From the NCBI RefSeq assembly GCF_009914755.1, contig NC_060940.1: 64,000 bases of DNA, one strand, 5' to 3'. The notes under the pieces are model-generated. The model saw only the letters and a list, made by a program, of their open reading frames with translations, was not told the origin of the DNA and made no database searches. Shown here in pieces: positions 42,338-57,799 of the stretch; the stretch's first letter is position 1, and each line of letters begins with the position of its first letter. This DNA comes from the human T2T-CHM13v2.0 reference genome, Homo sapiens. The position numbers and the translations under genes are program-made.

Positions 42338-45300
42338 CCCTAGGCATTTCTAAATAAATGACAAGCTGCAAAATTTGGAATTAATAATATCCATTGTTAA
42401 GGGTTGTTTTCAGGATTAAATGAGATAATTTATGTAAAGTGCTTAGCATGGCACCTGGTTTATGGTAACTGCTCATGGAAGTTATATTTATTACTACCAT
42501 TGTCATCACTGCTATTATTGTTTTATTTCTTATGGCTATTTAAGACGATTATTATTTACTACTAATAATAAGTATCATTATTTTTATTTGTACCCTTTGC
42601 ATTAATGATTTCCTGCCAATTAGACAATGTTTTCATGTGTTCATAGAGGAGGAAGTGGGCTGGATCACAAAGAAAAGGCACGGAATGAGAACAGCAGACT
42701 GGGTGTTCTTGGAGGAGGAAAACCTAAATCAATGACAAGCTCTTCTCTGGATAGGGAATCACAGGAAATCATGAAATTCAGAAACCAAAGATTCCCACTG
42801 AATTTCCTGAAGTGCTTCCCTGAGGTGGAGGCATACAATTTTGTGGGAAAGATCCCCTCCATCCTGGCAGGGTATGAACTAAGTTCTAAGTCAGGAGTCT
42901 TAGAAGTTATTTCTTTATACTTCTAAGGTATCCGCTTAGCACAGCTGTAAGCCACCATGTGTGCAGAGATTATAAACAGAGCATAAGCCACTCAAACCCT
43001 GATATATCTGACCACAGTCTTGGCCACGTAAAAAGTGGAGGTAGAAAGAGTGTAAACTTTGGAGTTGGAGCAAATGGAAATTGAATGCGCACTCTGCCGT
43101 TACTTACTGGGTGCCTTTGCCAAATAACATACCCTCTACAAGCCTGCTTCCTTATCAAATTAAGGGGATTGAATTAACCATTGTGTTTCAGTTTCTTAGC
43201 ATAGCACCTAATATATAGTACATGCTCAATTAATTAAATTAGAGACGCTTAATACATTTTTGTTGACTGGGTGAATAAATCTAGCGACCCAACGTGAAAT
43301 GACTTTATACGTCACAAAGAATGGGTATATAGAAATGGTGCAAAGGATCTGGGCTCTGAACACACAGGCAAGCCCATGAGTCTTGCCGGTTGTGTTCTTC
43401 AGAGCAGGTGCTCTGAGATGCAGAATGAGAAGCAATTTATTAGAGATCAACATTTGTGAAAAAAGAGGAGAAATGTGCACTGAAGAGAGAGAAGTCAAAT
43501 GCAATGCAGGCCACTGTAGGGTTTTGGCCAATGAGGCAGGGAGCTCTAAGAGGATGTCGCCCATCAGTTGACTCAGTTTGGGCCTAAATGACTAGGCATT
43601 TATACCTTGCCCTTGCTTAAAAATTGGCTTCAGGCTGCCCCAGGAAGACTGTGGTCTCTCTCGAGGGTGCTCTCTGAAGCCAAAACAGATCCTGCAAGAA
43701 ATGACAGCTGGAGCTCCCCAGTGCCACACTTCTCATAGCTGGGCAGCACACCCTGCTGTGAGGACGGATCTGGGAGATATATCCCTTGTTCACCCCAATG
43801 GGATACTCAGATTAGTGAGAGCAGGTCAAGGGACAGAAAATGCAAGAAACATTCCCAGGGTTGTAATCAACCAGTGGCAAATACGTGATAGGAATCCAGG
43901 AGAAACAGAGAGGATGCTATAAGCTAAATTTGGAAAATTTCATGTGTAACTCCTAATAAATTTCTATTCATTGTAATAAGGACATTTATATGAAGAAATA
44001 ACATTCCCAAACAGATCAGCATAAGACAAGAAATGTAGGGTACAATGGAGAGTAATGGAAGGATTTAGATCAAACCGAAAAAGCTTTCTAATTGCAGTGT
44101 TTAAAAACTTGGGCAATGACATCATAGTGATTTGGGATCAAGTCCTGATTCTGCAACTAACACATGACTATTAAGTCACTTAACTTCCCTAAGCCCTGGT
44201 TTCCTGATTTGTCAAATGGAAATTGAATTGCAATCACTGCATTACATTGTCGTGGTGATTAAATGAATTAATGCATTTATAGGGTGTTGTGTTTAGCAAA
44301 TAATATTCACTCAATACATTTTAGCTCAGTGTTCTGACTAGACTATGAGTTTTCTGCAACTTCTTAGTGAGGAGTGGTTTGAAATTAATATCAGACTTTT
44401 CTTTCTACCAAACACATGTATAATACTGTATATTATTTAAAATTTGTGCCTAAGATATACCTAAATGAAACAATAGTAAAATATACATATTTCTAATGTC
44501 ATACATAAGATTCAACATTACCAATGATTTTTATTTCCCATTTACAATTATGTCCACTGAATCATAAATTACATAATCTCCCAAGACATTGTTATATACC
44601 AGCTTACACTCTCTCTCGGAGAATTCAAGAATGCATTTGCATAATAAATTATCTGAGAAATTTCAGTCAGAAGAATATTCCAGTGTTTAATTTTGTTGAA
44701 CCTAGATTACCCAATTTCTTTTGGCCCCATAATCCTTATTTTTCATGTGCAGATTTATTAATCAGGACACTTGAAATTGCAAGTAACAGAAACCTAACTC
44801 TACCACACTAAGCAAAGAAACAGATTTATTGCACCAAGGAATTGCATTGAACAAGGATGAAGCTCAGGCCTGGTTGCATCAAGGGACCAAGTAATGTCAT
44901 TTGTCAACCTCTAAACTGTTTTCTCTGTATCCACTTTATTCTCAGGAATACTCTCCTTAAATGTTTAAAACATTGATAATACCAGTTCTAAACTTTCTGT
45001 GACAATATAAATGCCCAGAAGGGAGGAGACGAAGTTTCTGTTGTTGCTGTTTTTGTTTCATAAAAATCAATTTTAGGAGAAGTGTCAGGGTAGCCTCTCA
45101 GTAGCCCAGATTGGACACTAACACTGTGACTAGAATGATGTAATAATGCTAAATGCCCACCTTAGGTCAGATGTCCACCTCTGGAACTGAAATAGGGTCA
45201 TTAAAGTTACACTCATCCAAAGCACAAAGACTTAGAGGGTTAAGCCCTAAATAGCCCCATTGCCAGAGAGGCCATCTGAGATCTTTGTCTTGCCAAAAAC

Positions 45301-46649
45301 AGCTCCATGCTGAATTTGCAGAAAGGCTTAATTTCTCCTCCGGAGCTCTGAGCAGGGTTATTAACAGTCCCTTTCAAGTCCTCCCTCTGAGAAGCTCTAC
45401 AAACAGCTGCACTAAAAGGAAGAGGGAGGAAGCACTAAAGCTTTTGGAACCCAGGTTGTGCACCCTCTGGCAGCCCCAGGCTTTATCCCGGCAACCTTGA
45501 TGAAGAGCAGTAGCATTCAGGGGAGGTTGGAGGCCTGAAGATTTTCAGCAAAGCTCATTTCTGAGAATGCCTGCCAGGGATTGCCCTGTGCAGCCATATC
45601 AGGGATTTGAGAATAAAGCTGATATCCAAGAAAAAGATTGTGGTTTATTTTAGGATTGGCTTGTCAGAAAACATTTGACTTGGGAGAACATGCATTATCG
45701 TAAGACTTCTTGGTGGATGAGAAGTTATATATGTCACCATAAAGTGGTCCGAGCTTTAGGCAGGCATGCTTTGTTTGGAATGCACACATCATTATAAGAG
45801 CTATGACCAGGAAAGGAACAAATAGGTCAGCAGCATGGTGTATGGAAAGGTAATCGAACTGGGATGTAGATAGAATTTACACCAATTCACTGAGTCACCG
45901 GGGAGGATTGCCTTCCCCTCAGGCTTTACTTTCCTCATCTCACAAGTGAGATGGGTTAGCAAATAACGTCATCTCACAGATGAACTCTTGTGGCGTTGGC
46001 ATTGTGTTGAGAAATAATCCGAGGTCGTATCCTCACTCTTCAAGAAATAATTATGCAGCTGTTTTACAATCACTTGTCATAGCCATTGGAAAGGGCGATC
46101 AGTAGCCCATCTCTTTTGTTTGCTATTCCTGGAGAAGATGATATTTATAATCCCTGCTGGATGGAAATTTCCATTATTCTAAACACTTGAATATTTTCCT
46201 TGATGTTTGAGACTAGATAATTATTTTTCACCTCTCACAATCGTTTTAAATATTATCTACAAAAATCTTCTCTCTTTATTGGTATGAGAACTAAACACAG
46301 ATATAAAACCTGGAGCCTCTAAGCATTCCATTTGCCAAGGGTTTCAGCTTCCCTCAACTGTGAGTTCTGCTCAGTGAACTCTGCCAAACATGAATAAACT
46401 ACAGTGTGCAGAATCACTGCCTCTGGTCTGCTTGTGTTTTTCTTCCTCCCTCAGACCTGATCACATTGTCCCTTTCTGAGATTCCACAGCTCCCACAGAT
46501 GCCAGAAAACCATGTCTGAGCAGCTGGAGAGTTCCTGGGGCAGGGTTTTGATCAAAGCTGGTGGCTTTTCAGTTCATTGTGTTCTCTTCAGCAAAGCTGT
46601 CACTGTTCTTTTTCTTTTACGTCTTTTAAAGGAAGTACTTCTTTGCACA

Positions 46650-47560
46650 GCAATTCAATTCAACAAACACTTTCTAGTGTCAATTGTGGGTAAATGTTGT
46701 GCTAAGTGCAAGAGAAAAATAAAGATGAATAAGACATAGTCTATGTCCTAGAAGGGGTCACAAGTTAGTGAGGGAGACAGACTTGGACACGACTAATGGT
46801 GATGAAATTCTGGCTGTGATAAATACCTTAATACTTTGTTCAAAGACAGAACACTATGGGAAAAGGGAACAGAGAAAAACATGTTCTGGGTGAGTAGGCA
46901 TTGGGTACGTTTCCAGAGAGGCTATTTGAGCTTGGCAGTGAAGGAGGAATACTAGGGGGGAAAGATGAATGTTTTCCAGTGAAAGTAAGAAACTTATGCA
47001 AAAATGTGAGGATAGGGAGTGCATGGTGTGTCCAGAGAACAATGAATGAATGGTTCGAGGTGGCTGGGATGCCGTCTCTGTGTAACAGCAGCAGGGATGA
47101 GGTGGAGGTTTACATCAGAGTCACAATTTTGAGGGCTTTAAATAGCATTCTAACCTACTTTAACGTATAAAACATATATTGAAGCCCAATATGTAATAGG
47201 CATAGTGCTCTAGGCTGAGCTGGGAGGATGCCACACAGAGTCCCTGCTCCTAAGAGACAGGAATAAAGGAGGTGCATATACAAAGTGCTAATCACAACTC
47301 AATGTGTGATAAATTCCCTAATGCAGGTATATAAAGGGGTATTGTAGCAAATAGCCAATATCTAATGAAGAGTAGAGAAAAAGCATTGATGAATAAATGG
47401 GAGACAGGGAGAAAGATTATTCCAGGCACTGGGTCTAGAAAATAAGACTTGAATTATGATAGATTTTAAAACTTTTGGAAAATTGAGATACATTTAGTAT
47501 ATGGCCAAAATGTAGACTAAATGGGGAACAAGTGATGGAAGTTAAGGCCGATAAGCTTGT
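46650..47560. mobile_element. L2 fragments
   Basis: 'caattcaattcaacaaacac' and 'aaagatgaataagacatagtc'. Confidence 0.55.
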
Positions 47561-47657
47561 GGCTTAGTCTGAATGAATGAGGAAAATAAGGAATGCTTAA
47601 CTTATTAGAAACTGAATTGTAAATTTTAAAAATGCAATTGAGTATTTTATAATACTA

Positions 47658-47977
<320 letters not shown>

Positions 47978-48139
47978 TAAAGTACCCATTATAAATGGTC
48001 CATGATTTGTAGTGTACAATCATCACTGTACATATACTACTTCTTATTTTAAGTTTCTACTTGTATTGAGTGGCTGTATGGATGGAAGATATGTTTAGAA
48101 AAATGGGATTTTGTCTTTAATGCAGAAAACATTTTGATC

Positions 48140-48357
48140 TAGATCGGTACTGTTGAATAAAACTTACTTTGGTGATATAAATGTTCTATACTGTGCTACA
48201 CAACATGGCAGCCTCCAGGTGCCTGTGGTTATTGCGAACTTGAAAGATGGTAATACAACTGAAGAACTGAATGTTTTCTTGGACTTAAGGCTACTTAATT
48301 TAATTTTAAAATTAAATATCTACATGTGCCTAGTGTTTATCATATTGGATAGTACAG
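48140..48357. mobile_element. MER3-like MITE
   Basis: 'aaatgttctatactgtgct...ctacatgtgcctagtg...ttggatagtacag'. Confidence 0.6.
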
Positions 48358-48682
48358 ATGTAAATGAAGAAAGTATATAAAACCTGAAATATAAAATTTG
48401 ATAGAAATATATTACTTAGAGCCCCATTGCAAGAATAAACAAGTAAGACAACTTATTGGAAGGAACTATTGTCAGGTAGGAATGCCATTCACTCTTTCTT
48501 TCTGGAAGTGCTGAAATCAAGTAGATGAAAAGAGAGAAAAAGAGAGCCTGGGAGTTATCTCTCCCTAGAATTAGCTTCTAGTTAGAATTGTTGAAAGAGA
48601 TAGATTGAACAGAGAGGGGTTTGAAAATAGTAGAAATGAAACAACAAATTTTAAGACAAAGTTTAACCCCCAGCCTTAATAT

Positions 48683-49073
48683 TGTTACCAGTAAAGCATG
48701 CCTAGTTTCTTGACATCTTGACCAAAGAATTGGTCAAAACGCACAAAGCAAGGAAAGAATGAAGCAACAAAAGCAGAGATTTATTGAAAATGAAAGTACA
48801 CTCCATGAGGCGGAAGCAGGTCTGAGCACAGGGGCTTAAGAGCCCAGTTACAGAATTTTCTGGGGTTTAAATATCCTCTAGAGGTTTCCACTGGTTGCTT
48901 GGTGTACACCGTATGTAAATGAAGGGGATGAGGTAAAGTTACAAAGTCCTTTACTCAGCGTACACCCTAGGTAAATGAAGAGGATATTTCCTGTCATAGC
49001 TTAAGTGTTTCCATTTGATTTAGCTGTAGGAAGTCCTTAGGTTTCCTGCTCCAGACCCTATTCTCCTGCCTCA
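48683..49073 (-). mobile_element. ERV1 solo LTR (MER51-like)
   Basis: tgttacc ... ccagaccctattctcctgcctca. Confidence 0.8.
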
Positions 49074-50339
49074 ATACAAGCGTCTTGATCATTAACAGAA
49101 TGTTCTTATGGAAATATTACACAGCTCAGGGTATTTAAGGAATAAAAACTTGTGCCTGAGATAAACGTATCTTGTTTTTACTTACTGGTATCCATTTCCC
49201 ACTTTTCTGATAGCACCATGCTTTTACTTTGGGGACTTTCCATTTCTACATTCTGTGTGGTCCTAATAGAGCTTTAAATCTCAAACCCTGAGCTTGATGG
49301 CCCAGGATTGGTAAAAATGCTTTACCAGCCTGAACTCAATAACTGGCTCGGGGATAAACCAAATGAGCCAATTAGAAACTTCCCTGAGACCCTTCCTAGC
49401 TGGTAGATTTTTCTCTGAAACAGAAAGCTAAAAATACCATAGATTTGGAGTTTCCACTGATAATCTTGCAGTTTGTCTTCTTGGTTATTATGCAAGGAGC
49501 CAAGAAGAGGTTAAAATGGGAACAAAGAAAGTCCTGAAGGTATAGTTCAAATCCCTATGTCTAGCTGTACCCAAATCTCCCAATCCATTACCCTGGGAAT
49601 TTAAGAATTCCTAGTATAGGAGTTAATCAATTTACTCGTTTACTTGGCTTGAGTTGGGTTTCTGCCATTTGCAACCAAAAGCCTGTATGGATACACTGTC
49701 ACACAGAAGTACAGGTCTCAAGATTTGATAGCTGTTTTTCCATTAATTAAATCTAAATATCTGCCTCTGACAGGTGAAATTATGTTTTTTAGTGAGTAAT
49801 GAAGAATTTTGAAGCAGAGTAATTTTTTTTCTTATTTTTTTTTCTAACCAATTAGAGAGTAAAAGAAAAATGAAAGAGAACTTGGAGTTTTCCAATATTT
49901 CAGTAAATGTCATATAAATGATCTTGAAATAATGCGGTCTGGGACGATGCCATCTACTTTAAAATTTCAAATTCAAACACAGAGTCTCTGGTAATTATAA
50001 CCACACTAACACCATCAAATTTTGCCACTGATATGTGGGAGGATTAAATTCTGAAATAGAAGTTAGAATCAGAATTTGCCATTCTGATAAGACAATCAGC
50101 CGTCTTGTCAGCCTTTTCTCCCATCTCTCATCCACCCATATTGAGGACAAGCTGAAGACTACTCAAAATTCTAAAATAGGTGGTCTCGAGTGATTGGCAT
50201 TTATCTTGGGAATAGGCACAATGTCCATATTAGCTTAGAGATCTTCGAATGTGGTCTGTAGATTGTCAAATATGCCCTGAGGTCCTAAATGTAAACAAGA
50301 AACTCCAAGTGAAAATTAACTTTATCCAAATAAATAAAC

Positions 50340-50638
<299 letters not shown>

Positions 50639-51035
50639 TAAATAAACTTTATCTATAGAACAATATAATGTCTATGAAAATAAAAAAATTCATGGCATTT
50701 GTATGGTGTGACTATATTTGCATGATGAGGATGGGAGGAAGTATAGAGTGGTGACGACAGAGCGAGAGAACACAACAATTAAAATTACAAACAGGGGTGG
50801 GTGGTTACCCAAGGATGACTACTATTAGGTCTAAGCAATGGGGTGCAATGCTGATCAGCAGAGCTATGGAATAGCATGATTGGAGAGAGAGAGACAGAGA
50901 AGGAGAAAGAGGAGAAAAATACCAGGTTGTGTGATGTGGATGAGGGAAGCTATTTAACAAGAGAAGTCAGATTATAAAGGATCAAAAATGACAGCAAAGG
51001 AATAGAAAAGGAAGGTTATGAAAGTGGCTCTATAA

Positions 51036-51110
51036 AAATAGAGAAGATAGTACTTCCTCTTGGACAGTGGGTTGAAGAGAGAAATGTTTTATATATACAA
51101 TCCAGAATTA
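51036..51110 (+). repeat. ~75-bp segment duplicated at 52501-52577
   Basis: 'acagtgggttgaagagagaaatgttttatatata' is identical in both. Confidence 0.93.
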
Positions 51111-51182
51111 GTAATCGATACCATGGTGATATGGGATGTGGGTTCCAGAGTTAAATAAGTGGGTTATTTATCTATGCCACAG

Positions 51183-51362
51183 AGCAGAGGGTCTCACCCA
51201 GGGCTATTGTGTCCACTAAGGAACATCTGTCAGCGTCTGGAGACATTTTTTATCACAACTGGCAGAAGGGGTTTCTACTGCCATCTAGTTGGTAGAAGAC
51301 TGGTAAGATGCTAAACATTCTACAAGGCAATGATTCAGCCCAAAAATAAGCGTGCTGAGATT
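51183..51362. mobile_element. MER20 MITE
   Basis: 'gtctggagacatttttt atcacaactgg...ctactgccatctagttggtaga...gctaaacattctaca'. Confidence 0.75.
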
Positions 51363-52328
51363 AAGATTCAGCTCAAAGATGTCACCATAACAACATTTCT
51401 TAAGCTCTTTAGAACTAGGTTCCCTTGACTGCAGAGTAACAACAACAATACCTGCTTTTTAGGCATATGGGGATTTAATGAGCTAATAGGTGCAGAGAGC
51501 ATGGTGCTGGTAAATCCTCAGACACACCATCATCATTGTTGTTTTTATCATTGTGTGTGATGGACCAACATATTCACTGAGATAGGATTCAAGGGTAGGG
51601 CTTAATGCTAATGAGAAAGAGGATGGCTTTAGGGGTTACTTGTCAGGGTCTTTGATTTCCTACTTCTCCTTTGTGGGGAGCAGTTGGGGCTGAAGAGAGA
51701 GGAGATGACCTTTAGAAATAGGTTTATTTTTTCCTTCAACTCTGGAAAACCCCTGGGTGTCCCGTTTTCAGATATAGAAATGCTTCGTGCAGTGGGGCTT
51801 TTGTTTGTTTGATCATTTTGTTTACTCTCAGTAAGACTAATCAAGTCTTGATCTCAGACCTGGAAAAGTGTATAAATGTATTTGTAAAGAGTACCTTGTT
51901 CTCTTTACAGATAAGATAAGAAAGATAATTTGGCAAGTAAAAGTCTTCTCTGACATACAAAAGATTTAAATCTATGTCAAAAGTTTGAAACAATGAGCAT
52001 AAATATTCAAATCCAAGAGTTCATGTCAATTTTTAAATGTTTGCTATTTTCATTATGCCATCAACTTCATTGCTAACTTAAAAAATGTTTTTGCCCATTT
52101 CATTATTTAAATCATTCTAATTTCAAGCTGAAACTATAATCAAACAAGGAGAAGGGCTGCTTACCTTTACCTAGGTTAGAACGAAAGCACTCCTGACAAG
52201 AATGATTCCCAGGCAATGGAGCTGATTCTATTTCCACTGCTGTTGAGAATGATCTGTTTTGTGGCAGGACAGATGGGTAGATAGATATTCCTTTGGGGTA
52301 CTTCCAACTGAAGGAGAAAAGCAGATTA

Positions 52329-52433
52329 ACTAATGAATATATATATATATATGTATGTGTGTGTGTATGTGTGTGTGTGTGTGTCTATGTGTGTATGTAT
52401 ATGTATACATATAATGGATATATATATCTGTTT

Positions 52434-52498
<65 letters not shown>

Positions 52499-52992
52499 GG
52501 AAATAGACAAGATAGTACTTACCCTGAACAGTGGGTTGAAGAGAGAAATGTTTTATATATATGAAGATTCAGAATTATATATAGTCATTAGTTTTATATA
52601 TATAGAAACACATTTAGTATATTTTATTTATAATTTATATTAATATAAATATAAAATATATGATACATATTATATTTATATATTATATATAAATAATGGG
52701 TTGATATATTGACTATTATATGTAACTAATGGATCTGTTATGTATGTATGGAATACATATGTATGGAATTTCATACAATTCCATATGTATATAATACATA
52801 TATTCAATATATATCCATTAGTTATATGTATATATAGTCATATATATAACATATATAGTCATATATATTACTAATGGATATATATTGAATATAAATATTT
52901 ACTATATATAGAATAGATATTATACAGTCATGTATATATAACTAATGGATACATATTTGAATATATATATAATGGATATATATATTTGAATA
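52329..52992. repeat. AT-rich low-complexity patchwork: (TA)n, (TG)n and recurring ctaatggata
   Basis: Seen directly. Confidence 0.9.
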
Positions 52993-53104
52993 ATTGCATG
53001 TGTTATACCTGCACATTTTTCTATTTTCCAAGATGGATAAAAAGAGATTGAATAGATCTTAGGAGATTGATTTGTTGTCAGCCTGTAGCAAGGACTGTGT
53101 GTGG

Positions 53105-53108
<4 letters not shown>

Positions 53109-53145
<37 letters not shown>
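53109..53145. repeat. (TG)n microsatellite
   Basis: Seen directly. Confidence 0.95.
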
Positions 53146-53147
<2 letters not shown>

Positions 53148-54029
53148 AATAAAAATTGCCTGCAAAAGAGCTGGGGAGAGGTGCACATTTGAAAGATTCC
53201 TACTCTAGTCAGAGTCACTTAGCCCCTTAATCCCTTACATTGGCAGCTGAATCCCAAGGATGTGTTCTGGTGCACAGGAGAGCAATAAACAAACACAGCT
53301 CAGGGCTCCAGGCATCGTGGAAAAAAATAATCGCCCATTTCTTGTAAATAGATTGCAATAAAACAATAGTGACGGAACATTTGGTGGAAGAGAGAATCAA
53401 CCAAGAGGAACTCTGACTTGGTGGCCTTTAAGCTACAAAAACAAACACAAGAGCATTGAAATGGACTCGAATGAATCCTTTAAAGACGACTAGCTTTTGA
53501 AGGTTTATTAATCAACCTCTTGGACAGACTACCAGATTATTTTAACTAGAAAGAAGGTGAAATCAAGTAATAAAAAAATTGTTGATTGACCAAGCAGGAG
53601 ATGTGTGTTCCAACATCAACAATTAAACTTTTTTTTTTTTTCCTTGCCTTATTTTCATGTCTCTGCGGTGGTCAGATTCTAGGTCCGCCTTTCACAGACC
53701 AGTTAAAAGGAAAATGAAAAAGCAATGTTCTTTGTCGTGGACATTTGTGGCAGCCTTTTCAGAGTTTCTTTGCCTTCTCCCTTCCTGACCATATCTGATT
53801 TGCATTTGGGGACCCAGGTGACGCTGATGTACCCCTTCTTTGGAAGGGTGTGGGCTGGAGCTCATAGCTTAGGTTAAATCCATTAAGTCATTACGGTCCC
53901 TCAGGCCACCACGATTGTTTCATCCATTGCATGGGCTCTAATCTGGTCTCCTTTGTCATACCAGCCAATATATTCTCCTCATAATTAAGTCAGTTCAGAT
54001 GAGTTTTCTATTTTTTGTCGTTTAAAAAC

Positions 54030-54662
54030 ACTATTATTTTAAATTCAGTGGTAAAAGTGCAGGTTTGTTACATAGGTAAAATTGTGTCATGAGGGTTTGT
54101 TGTACAGATTATTTCATCACCCAGGTATTGAGCCTAGTACCCATTAGTTGCTTTTCCTGATCCTCTCCCTCCTCCCATTCTCCACCCTCTGAAAGGCCCC
54201 AGTGTGTGTTGTTTCCCTCTATGCGTCCATGTGTTCTCATCATTTAGCTCCCACTTATAAGTGAGGACATGCGGTATTTGGTTTTCTATTCCTATGTTAG
54301 TTTGCTAAGTATAAGAGCCTCAAGCCCTATCCATGTCCCTGCAAAGGACATGATCTCATTCTTTTTTAAGGTTACATAGTATTCCACAGTAAATATGTAC
54401 CACATTTTCTGTATCCAGTCTACCATCGATGAGCATTTAGGTTGATTTTATGTCTTTGCTGTTATGAATAGTCCTGCAATGAACATACACATGCATGTTT
54501 CTTTATAATAGAATGATTTCTTTTCCCTTTGGGTACATACCCAGTAATGGAATTGCTGGGTTGAATGGCATTTCTGCCTTTAGGTCTTTGAGGAATCGCC
54601 ACACTGTCTTCCACAATGGCTGAACTACTTTAGACTCCCACCAACAGTGTATTAGCATTCTT
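54030..54662 (-). mobile_element. L1PA (PA11-13-like) 3' region
   Basis: 'ttgttgtacagattatttcatcacccaggtatt'. Confidence 0.88.
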
Positions 54663-54741
54663 TTATCAATAACCCAAAACATCTTGACTGGCATGGGTGG
54701 TCCCCTATCCCAGTGTCTCAGTTGCTCAAGTTGATACTCCA

Positions 54742-55585
<844 letters not shown>

Positions 55586-56109
55586 TGTTTAATTATTTGG
55601 GAATTTCTTTCACGAAACTTTTCCATGTTTACTAAAGTGGAGATTTGGAGTCAAATGGAGTTGATGTTAGATCTGGTAATTGTGAAGTCTGTTATTTTGA
55701 CATTGCCACTGTCACATGTCTATATTGAAGTGCCTATGTAAACGTTATTTTAAAAATCAGGCTTTTTGTATATATTTAGAGGGTACAAGTGCAATTTGTT
55801 ACACAAACATATTGCATAGTGGTGAACTCTGGGCTTTTAGAGTAACTATCACCGAAATAGTGTACATTGAACTGATTCAGTAATTTCTCATTCCTCACTT
55901 CTCTCCAACCCTCTCACTTTTCTGAGTCTTTGATGTCTATTATTCCACACTCTCTGTGTGTACACATTATTTAGATCCTACTTATAAGCAAGAACATGTG
56001 GTATTTGACTTTCTGTTTGAGTTGTTGATAACAGCCTCCAGTTCCATACATGTTGCTACAAAATACATGATTTCATTCTTTTTTATGGCTGAGTAGTATT
56101 CTATTTTTT

Positions 56110-56350
56110 ATATATATATAGCATATATATCTATATATATCTCTATATATGCTCTATATACTGTATATATATCTATATATACATATATATCTATATACTG
56201 TATATATATCTATATATACATATATATCTATATACTGTATATATATCTATATATACGTATATATCTATATACTGTATATATATCTATATATACGTATATA
56301 TCTATATACTGTATATATTAATACTGTATATATAAATACTGTGTATATAT
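56110..56350. repeat. AT-rich minisatellite, 37-bp unit, about 4.5 copies
   Basis: Unit ctatatactgtatatatatctatatatac(a/g)tatatat. Confidence 0.9.
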
Positions 56351-57289
56351 GCACAGTATTGAAATATTGTATATTTTCTTTATCCAGTCATCCATTGATG
56401 GACAGTTAGATTGATTTCCTATCTTTGCTATTGTGAATAGTGCTGTAATCAACACACAAGTGTAGGTATCTTTTTGATATAATGAGGTACTTTCCTTTGG
56501 GTAGATACCCACCTGTGGAATTGCTGGATTAAATGGTAGTTCCATTTTTAGTTCTTTGAGAAATCTCCATACTGTTTTTCATAGAAGTTGTACTAGTTTA
56601 CATTCCCACCAACAGTGGATGAGTATTCTCTTTTTTCTGCATCCTGGTCAACATCTGTTATTTTTTGACTTTTTTATAATAGCCACTCTGGTATCTCACT
56701 GTGGTCTTAATTTGCATTTTTCTGATGATTAGTGATGTTTAAATTTTTAAATATGTTTAAATATGTTTGTTGGCCATTTGTATGTCTTCTATTGAAAAAT
56801 GTCTGTTCATGGTTTTTGTTGTTTTTGTTCGATTGTTTAAGTTCCTTGTAGATTCTGGATATTGGTCCTTCGTCAAATGCAGAGTTTGCAAATATTTTCT
56901 CCCATCCTGCAGGTTGTCCATTAAGTCTTTTGATTTTCACTTATGGAAATCTAATTCTCCCAGCACCATTTATTGAATAAGGAGGTCCTTTCCCCAATAT
57001 ATGTTTTTGTCTACTTTGTCAAACATCAGCTGACTGTATGTATGTGACTTTCTGAGTTCTCTATTCTCTCCAATTTATCATGTCTATTTTGATACCAGTA
57101 TCATGCTGTTTTGGTTACTATAGCCTTGTAGTATAATTTAAAGTCAGATAAGGTGATGCTTCTGGATTTTGCTTAGGACAGTTTTCGCTATTTGGGCTCA
57201 TTTTTGGTTCCATGTGAACTTTAGGATTGTTTTTCTAATTCTGTGAAAAATTATATTGGTATTTTGATAGGAATTTCATTACACTTATA

Positions 57290-57369
57290 TTAGGTAGTTG
57301 CAAAAGTAATTGAGGTTTTTGCCCTTGAAGGTAATGGCAAAAACCGCAATTACTTTTGCATGAACCAAA
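57290..57369. mobile_element. MADE1 (Hsmar1 MITE), 80 bp
   Basis: Palindromic ttaggt..gcaaaagtaattg / caattacttttgca..ccaaa; TA TSD. Confidence 0.93.
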
Positions 57370-57799
57370 TAGATTCCTTTGGACAATATGGTCATTTGAA
57401 TGATATTGACTCTTCTGATCCATGAGCATGGGATGTTTTTCCATGTGTTTGTGTCATCTACAACTTATTTTATTTGTGTTTTGTAGCTTTTCTTGTACAG
57501 ACCTTTCACCTCCTTGGTTAAATGTATTCCCAGGTAATCTTTTGTTTGTTTATTTGTTCGTTTTGTAGGTATAGTAAACGGGATGACTTCTTGATTTGAT
57601 TATCAGCGTGATCATTATTGTTGTATAGAAGTGCTGCTGAGTTTTGTACATTAATTTTGTATTCTGAAACTCTGAAGTCATTTATCAAATCTAGGACTCT
57701 TTTGGAGGAGCCTTTAGGGTTTTTTTAGGGAGAAGGTAAGAAAACCAGTAATAGGGTGAGGGTGAGTAATGGGATGGACCATAAAATGATCCGCCATGA

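Larger units (their letters stand above)
55760..57730 (-). mobile_element. L1PB/L1MA-type fragment (3'UTR into ORF2)
   Basis: 'cccagcaccatttattgaata' and 'tgctgttttggttactatagccttgtagtataattt'. Confidence 0.88.
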
